A program made the position numbers and the translations under genes. The notes beneath the pieces are model-generated. The model saw only the letters and a list, made by a program, of their open reading frames with translations. It did no database searches and had not been told where the DNA came from. Below, piece by piece: positions 27,418 to 32,000 of a stretch of 32,000 nt of DNA. Within the stretch, counting starts at the first letter, position 1. Every line of letters starts with the position of its first letter. Source of the stretch: Mycoplasmatota bacterium (GTDB lineage: Bacteria; Bacillota_I; Bacilli_A; Haloplasmatales; Haloplasmataceae); NCBI GenBank assembly GCA_018394295.1, contig CP074573.1, positions 1,587,156 to 1,619,155 on the forward strand, read 5' to 3'.

Positions 27418-29298
27418 CTATTTATCCTTCTCTGCTTCAATTTTTTCTGCTAATTCATTTAAATAAATCCATCTCTCCATCTTTTGATCAAGTTGCTTTT
27501 GCAAATCTTCTTTTTCAGCTAAAAGCGGTTGAAGGAGTGTGTAATTTACATAAGCCTTATTAATTTTCTCTTCAATAACTTCTATCTTTTCTTCTAATTC
27601 AGCAACAACCGTATCTATTTCTTCAAACTCCTTTTGTTCCTTAAAAGAGAACTTTAAAGGTCTCTCTTTCTTTTTATCTACAAATTTCTTGTTTTTGTCC
27701 ACTGACATATTAACTTCTATTTTATCCTCAAATTTCTCCTTAAATTCCGAGTAATTTCCTGTAAACTGCCTAACATTTCCATAAGCTTCAAAGAGAAATA
27801 TTTTTTCAGCCATTCTATCTAAAAAATATCTATCGTGTGAAACTGAAATGACTGCTCCCGGAAAACCATCTAGATAGTCTTCTAATATAGTAAGCGTTTC
27901 TATGTCTAAGTTATTTGTCGGTTCATCTAAAAGTAAAACATTTGGTGCTTCCATAAGCACGCGTAAAAGATATAATCTTCTTCTTTCTCCACCTGAAAGT
28001 TTAGCAATTGGTGTCCACTGCATGGTTCCTGAAAATAAAAATTTCTCCATCATTTGTGAGGCTGTAATTTTATACCCTTCCGCATTTTCAATATATTCTG
28101 CAGCTTCTTTTATATATTCAATAGCTCTCATGCTCTCATTCAAATGATGAGTTTCCTGTGAGTAATAGCCTATTTTAACTGTTTGCCCTCTAACGACAGT
28201 ACCACTGTCTTGCTTGACTATCCCAGCAATTATATTCATTAGAGTTGACTTTCCACTTCCATTAGGTCCAATAATACCAACCCTATCATCTCTTAAAACT
28301 AGGTAACAAAAATCATCTAAAACTTTTTTTTCTCCAAATGTTTTATTAACATGCTCAAGCTCAACTACTTTCTTACCAAGCCTGCTACTTCCCACTGAAA
28401 TTTCAAGTTTTTCACTAGAATCAACGACTAGCTTCTCACTTAAGGCTTTGAAACGGTCAATTCTTGCTTTTTGTTTTGTGCTTCTAGCTTGTGCACCGCT
28501 TCTTATCCAAGCTAGTTCTTTTTTATATAAACTTCGTCTCTTCTTTTCACTAGCAGCTTCTTGCTCTTCTCTTTCAGCTTTTTTCTCAAGAAAAGTACTA
28601 TAGTTACCATCATAAAGATAAAGGTTTCCTCTGTCTAACTCAATTATTTTATTTACTATTCTGTCTAATAAATATCTATCATGGGTTATCATGAGAACAG
28701 AGCCTGTTCTCTTGTTAAGGTATTGCTCAAGCCAGTCGATAGTCTCATTATCAAGATGGTTAGTAGGCTCATCAAGTATCAGTAAATCAGAAGGATTTAT
28801 AAGTGCTTCAGCTAAAGCAACTCTCTTTCTCTGTCCACCAGACAAGGTGCCTACCTTAGCGTTAAAATCAGTAATTCCTAGCTTTGTTAAAATACTTTTG
28901 ACATCACTTTCTATGCTCCAAGCATTCAGATTATCCATACGATTGGTTAATTTTATAATTTCTTCACTGTTATCTGGATTTTCAAGTGCCCCTTCATACT
29001 CTCTGATAAGTTTCATGACAGATGAATCACCTTTAAAAACATGTTCTAATACTGTACCTTCCATATCAAAATGTGGATTTTGAGAAAGGTACTCTATTTT
29101 TACAGAATTACCTGTTATAACTCTGCCTTGATCAGATGCTTCAAGCCCAGCAAGTATTTTTAAAAAGGTTGACTTACCTGTGCCATTTACTCCTATAAGT
29201 CCAATTTTGTCCCCTTCATTAATACTTAAACTTATATTATTTAAAAGCTGTTTTTCACTGTAACTTTTTGATATATTTTCTACATTTAAAAGGTTCAT
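27418..29298 (-). CDS. ABC-F family ATPase (Uup/YfmR-like, two ABC domains plus a C-terminal coiled coil)
   Basis: Two Walker A motifs (GVNGTGKST, GPNGSGKST) and two signatures (LSGGQRKR, LSGGERRR). No TM domain. A charged linker and a C-terminal coiled-coil tail are present. Confidence 0.9.
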   Translation of the reverse strand: MNLLNVENISKSYSEKQLLNNISLSINEGDKIGLIGVNGTGKSTFLKILAGLEASDQGRVITGNSVKIEYLSQNPHFDMEGTVLEHVFKGDSSVMKLIREYEGALENPDNSEEIIKLTNRMDNLNAWSIESDVKSILTKLGITDFNAKVGTLSGGQRKRVALAEALINPSDLLILDEPTNHLDNETIDWLEQYLNKRTGSVLMITHDRYLLDRIVNKIIELDRGNLYLYDGNYSTFLEKKAEREEQEAASEKKRRSLYKKELAWIRSGAQARSTKQKARIDRFKALSEKLVVDSSEKLEISVGSSRLGKKVVELEHVNKTFGEKKVLDDFCYLVLRDDRVGIIGPNGSGKSTLMNIIAGIVKQDSGTVVRGQTVKIGYYSQETHHLNESMRAIEYIKEAAEYIENAEGYKITASQMMEKFLFSGTMQWTPIAKLSGGERRRLYLLRVLMEAPNVLLLDEPTNNLDIETLTILEDYLDGFPGAVISVSHDRYFLDRMAEKIFLFEAYGNVRQFTGNYSEFKEKFEDKIEVNMSVDKNKKFVDKKKERPLKFSFKEQKEFEEIDTVVAELEEKIEVIEEKINKAYVNYTLLQPLLAEKEDLQKQLDQKMERWIYLNELAEKIEAEKDK

Positions 29299-29715
29299 AA
29301 GTACTCCTTGTTTTGAAAGTCTTTTGTTTATTTCTTTATAACATAATAAACGAAAAAGAGCAATTAATTTATTAGTGTATTAATTTATATTATTTATAAA
29401 TATATTGTTTAAAAATTATCAAATAAATTTTGGATAATGCAGGTCAATCAAAGGAGATTTTTTTTAATTGAAGGATTTCTACTAAAATACGTAAGCATAA
29501 CTAATACAATTAATCCCAAAATTAAATGAGTAAAAAAAGAATAGAAATAATGTTTCCGTTAGTATATAATATATCTAAAGGATTTTTTGTATAGGTGAAA
29601 GTAAATCTAAAAGTTGATTAAAAATTGTTTAGATATTTCACCGATAATTATTACACAAGATAAAAATAAAAATCTTAACAAAATTCAAGTTGCATTAATT
29701 AATTGAGGTGAGAAG

Positions 29716-30696
29716 ATGAAAAAATTTATTTGGGTCCTAATACTATTGACTATACTAACAGGTTGTCATAGTAAAACTTATACTATAAACTTTGAGGCAG
29801 ATAATGGTGTAGAAATTAACTCTATTCAGGTTAAAGGGAAAAAGATAGCTGATTTACCTATACCAAATAAAGATGGGTATTCATTTGAAGGGTGGTATAC
29901 GTCTAAAAACCCTTATACAAATGAATTCACATTAAAAACATCTGTCAATAGTGATATAACACTTTACGCGAAATGGCAGATAAAAGAGTATACAATTAAC
30001 TTCAATACAAATGGTGGTAGTGAACTCCCATCAATTAAACAACTACACGGAACTAATTTGTCTATGATAGAGCCCACTAAAAGAGCACATACATTTTTAG
30101 GATGGTACCAAGATGAAGAATTAACAGTACCATATGATTTCACATCAACCGTTAATAAAGACCTAACGCTTTATGCAAAGTGGAAAATTAGATATGAAGA
30201 CGTGACTGCAAGTCACATTGTCACCATGGAAATGGAAGATGGTAGCATTATAAAAATTGAACTTTATGAAGAAATCGCTCCTATTACAGTCGCTAACTTT
30301 GTTAAACTTGTTGAGGACGGTTTTTACGATGGCTTAACATTCCATCGTGTAATTAAAGGTTTTATGATTCAAGGAGGAGACCCGTTAGGAAATGGGATGG
30401 GCGGCCCTGGCTATAGCATTAAAGGAGAATTTTCAGCAAATGGTGTTGAAAATCCATTAAAGCACGAACGTGGAGTCATCTCGATGGCAAGAAGCAGAGA
30501 TTATGATTCAGCAGGCTCTCAATTCTTTATCATGCATCAAGATGCAACTTATCTAGATGGTCAATATGCAGCATTTGGCCGTGTGGTTGAAGGTCTAGAT
30601 GTTGTTGATCAAATCGCAAATGTTATTACAATTAAGGATAGACCATATGAAGAACAACGGTTGAGTACAGTAACAGTAATAATCGTTAACAATTAA
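29716..30696 (+). CDS. Lipoprotein fusing two Listeria-Bacteroides (InlB B-repeat/Flg_new) repeats to a cyclophilin-type peptidyl-prolyl isomerase
   Basis: Lipobox ILTGC. Two repeats match the pattern G..F.GWY........F......DITLYAKW. The cyclophilin core is FHRVIKGFMIQGGDP...GSQFFI. Confidence 0.85.
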   Translation: MKKFIWVLILLTILTGCHSKTYTINFEADNGVEINSIQVKGKKIADLPIPNKDGYSFEGWYTSKNPYTNEFTLKTSVNSDITLYAKWQIKEYTINFNTNGGSELPSIKQLHGTNLSMIEPTKRAHTFLGWYQDEELTVPYDFTSTVNKDLTLYAKWKIRYEDVTASHIVTMEMEDGSIIKIELYEEIAPITVANFVKLVEDGFYDGLTFHRVIKGFMIQGGDPLGNGMGGPGYSIKGEFSANGVENPLKHERGVISMARSRDYDSAGSQFFIMHQDATYLDGQYAAFGRVVEGLDVVDQIANVITIKDRPYEEQRLSTVTVIIVNN

Positions 30697-30698
30697 CC

Positions 30699-30725
30699 AA
30701 AAGGCCTGAAAATCAGGCCTTTTTA
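30699..30725 (+). terminator. Rho-independent terminator
   Basis: Stem aggcctga (30702-30709) pairs with tcaggcct (30713-30720), then a T-run. Confidence 0.8.
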
Positions 30726-30999
30726 TATACAAAAGAAAACAACTAAATACAACGACTCATACAATTTAATAGTACAAAATCCTCTTTCTTATATGCTTAC
30801 AACGAACCAGCAAATTTGATCTATTTAGCATAACAAATCCGCTTAAACTTCTCTCTCTATTATCTTTAATGGGTAAACTACGATTTGTTACCATCAAGAT
30901 TTATGATATAATGGTTTTATAATGATAAATATTGAATTTTTTAGAAAAAAGATATGAACTTACTTGTAAACTTAATGGATAGAATATTAGGAGGACAAT

Positions 31000-31452
31000 A
31001 TGGAATATAAGTTTGAACCAATGAGATTAGATTATGCTAATGAGATAGCTAGTTGGAGATATATAGGATTTATGAAAGAGATTTTTATGAAACCTTATTT
31101 TGATAACTACAACACTGAATCAAAAGAGATGAAAGGACCTGGAAATTGTGATGGTTATGCAGTAGTTGATAAAGACAACCTTATTGGGTTATTTGAATAT
31201 TATTTTAAAGCGGGCTTCATGGAAATTGGTTTAGCACTTAATCCAAAATTTGTTGGTAACGGAATGAGTAAGGACTTTATTTTAAAAGGTATTGCATTTG
31301 GTATTAAACAATATAATTATCAAAAAGAAGCTATACTGTTATCCGTTGATAAAGAAAATAAATCCGCTTATAAAGCTTATCTTAAAGTAGGATTCGTTGA
31401 GTATAACAGAACTGAAGATGAAATTGAGATGAAATACTTTTTAAGTAATTAA
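31000..31452 (+). CDS. GNAT-family N-acetyltransferase
   Basis: 150 aa. Acetyl-CoA pocket motif VGNGMSKDF and C-terminal AYKAYLKVGF. RBS taggagga. An extended -10 (tgatataat) lies upstream. Confidence 0.75.
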   Translation: MEYKFEPMRLDYANEIASWRYIGFMKEIFMKPYFDNYNTESKEMKGPGNCDGYAVVDKDNLIGLFEYYFKAGFMEIGLALNPKFVGNGMSKDFILKGIAFGIKQYNYQKEAILLSVDKENKSAYKAYLKVGFVEYNRTEDEIEMKYFLSN

Positions 31453-31484
31453 TTTCTGTTTAACAGAAGACGATGTGATTAAAT

Positions 31485-31519
31485 AGCCTATTCTTGACTA
31501 GTGCGAGAATAGGCTTTTA
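31485..31519. terminator. Terminator hairpin between convergent genes
   Basis: Stem agcctattct (31485-31494) pairs with agaataggct (31506-31515), then ttttatttt. Confidence 0.65.
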
Positions 31520-31618
31520 TTTTGTGATGATTATAGCTTCTTATAATTAATATTTAACCATTTACTAAACATAATTGTTTTCAAGATATTAGATTGATAT
31601 GTAATGTTTGTATTATTT

Positions 31619-32000
31619 TTAAGATGATAATTTTTTATCAAACTTTTTGTATAGTAACCAAATCCATAAAATACTAGTTATTGTGGCATATAAGAAGGAT
31701 AGATAATTTGGACTTATCATTAGTTTAGCAATCCAAAATGAGGGTAAAAATGAGAATAAGTATTGAGTACCATTATCTATAAAGTAAGGTATTACAAGTC
31801 CTATCATAACTAAGCCGGATAACTTAGCAACTGCCATCCCCTCAATCTTGTTTTTAGAGAACGAGAACACAATTAATGACAGTGACATACTCATAAAACT
31901 TGTTAAAAAACAAATAATAATTACCATCACTATCGACCATGAAGTAAGTGAGAAAATCAACAATATAAAAATTGAAGCAACAAATGATAAAAGCGTTGGA
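31619..32000 (-). CDS. Multi-pass membrane protein, possibly an ABC-2-type permease; the 5' part lies outside the window
   Basis: The frame remains open upstream of the track's TTG at 31963, out to the window edge (...PTLLSFVASIFILLIFSLTSW...). Wholly hydrophobic. The functional label is a guess. Confidence 0.45.
   Translation of the reverse strand, partial: PTLLSFVASIFILLIFSLTSWSIVMVIIICFLTSFMSMSLSLIVFSFSKNKIEGMAVAKLSGLVMIGLVIPYFIDNGTQYLFSFLPSFWIAKLMISPNYLSFLYATITSILWIWLLYKKFDKKLSS

Noticed and set aside
27418-29420. ABC-F protein as an antibiotic-resistance (ARE) ribosomal-protection factor
   Set aside because: The upstream region is short, with a plausible promoter close to the start. 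It has no leader peptide or attenuator of the kind seen for ARE genes. The long C-terminal coiled-coil resembles housekeeping Uup/YfmR-type ABC-F proteins. The subfamily cannot be settled without phylogeny.
29299-29715. Small ORFs (22 and 31 codons) and possible sRNA in the 417-bp divergent intergenic region
   Set aside because: There are no SD sequences, no conserved RNA motifs and no stable GC-containing structure. The region is adequately explained as two divergent promoter/UTR regions.
1-32000. Possibility that the organism uses genetic code 4 (TGA read as Trp), suggested by the Mollicutes-like AT richness
   Set aside because: Long conserved genes (mdh, trpB, ABC-F, MMPL, ABC ATPase) are uninterrupted under the standard code. 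Conserved Trp positions use TGG. TGA terminates the 20959-21303 ORF just before a regulatory palindrome.
1-32000. CRISPR arrays, tRNA or rRNA genes, prophage or integrative-element borders
   Set aside because: I saw no regularly spaced direct repeats, no tRNA T-loop (GGTTCGAATCC-like) motif in any intergenic region, and no integrase, recombinase or phage structural genes.

Overview
This is a very AT-rich bacterial chromosomal segment with Bacillota (Firmicutes) or Mollicutes-like features: a T-box, an L-box, many lipobox lipoproteins, and strong GGAGG-type ribosome-binding sites. Conserved genes are intact under the standard genetic code, so TGA is not read as Trp. I support about 30 protein-coding genes. 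Recognisable ones include LDH-like malate dehydrogenase (mdh), an M23 peptidase, a divergent TetR/MMPL pair, and a Trp T-box leader in front of a stand-alone trpB. Others are a secreted MBL-fold/lamin-tail-domain lipoprotein with a DUF3006 partner, a YhhN lysoplasmalogenase, a PC4/YdbC-like protein and a VOC protein. The set also has a processive GT2 synthase, an SDR epimerase, an SPFH protein, a lysine riboswitch driving a three-gene amino-acid ABC importer, an ABC-F ATPase, a lipoprotein cyclophilin and a GNAT. The mobile DNA is one complete IS3-family element (4967-6452, imperfect inverted repeats, 4-bp CTTA duplication). Beside it lies a 5'-truncated DDE transposase remnant fused to a truncated PPC-domain gene. 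I found no tRNA, rRNA or CRISPR array, and no recognisable defence, toxin-antitoxin or secretion system. The points most worth a second look follow. (1) A coiled-coil repeat gene reads only as frame 0, then +1, then 0, with both switches at homopolymers. (2) A broken membrane gene sits directly behind the SPFH gene. (3) An uncharacterised membrane-protein cluster (20261-22782) contains a 16-bp perfect palindrome between two cistrons. (4) trpB is orphaned yet under T-box control. None of these is demonstrably a new system from sequence alone, and all homology statements rest on motif recognition by eye, not database searches.
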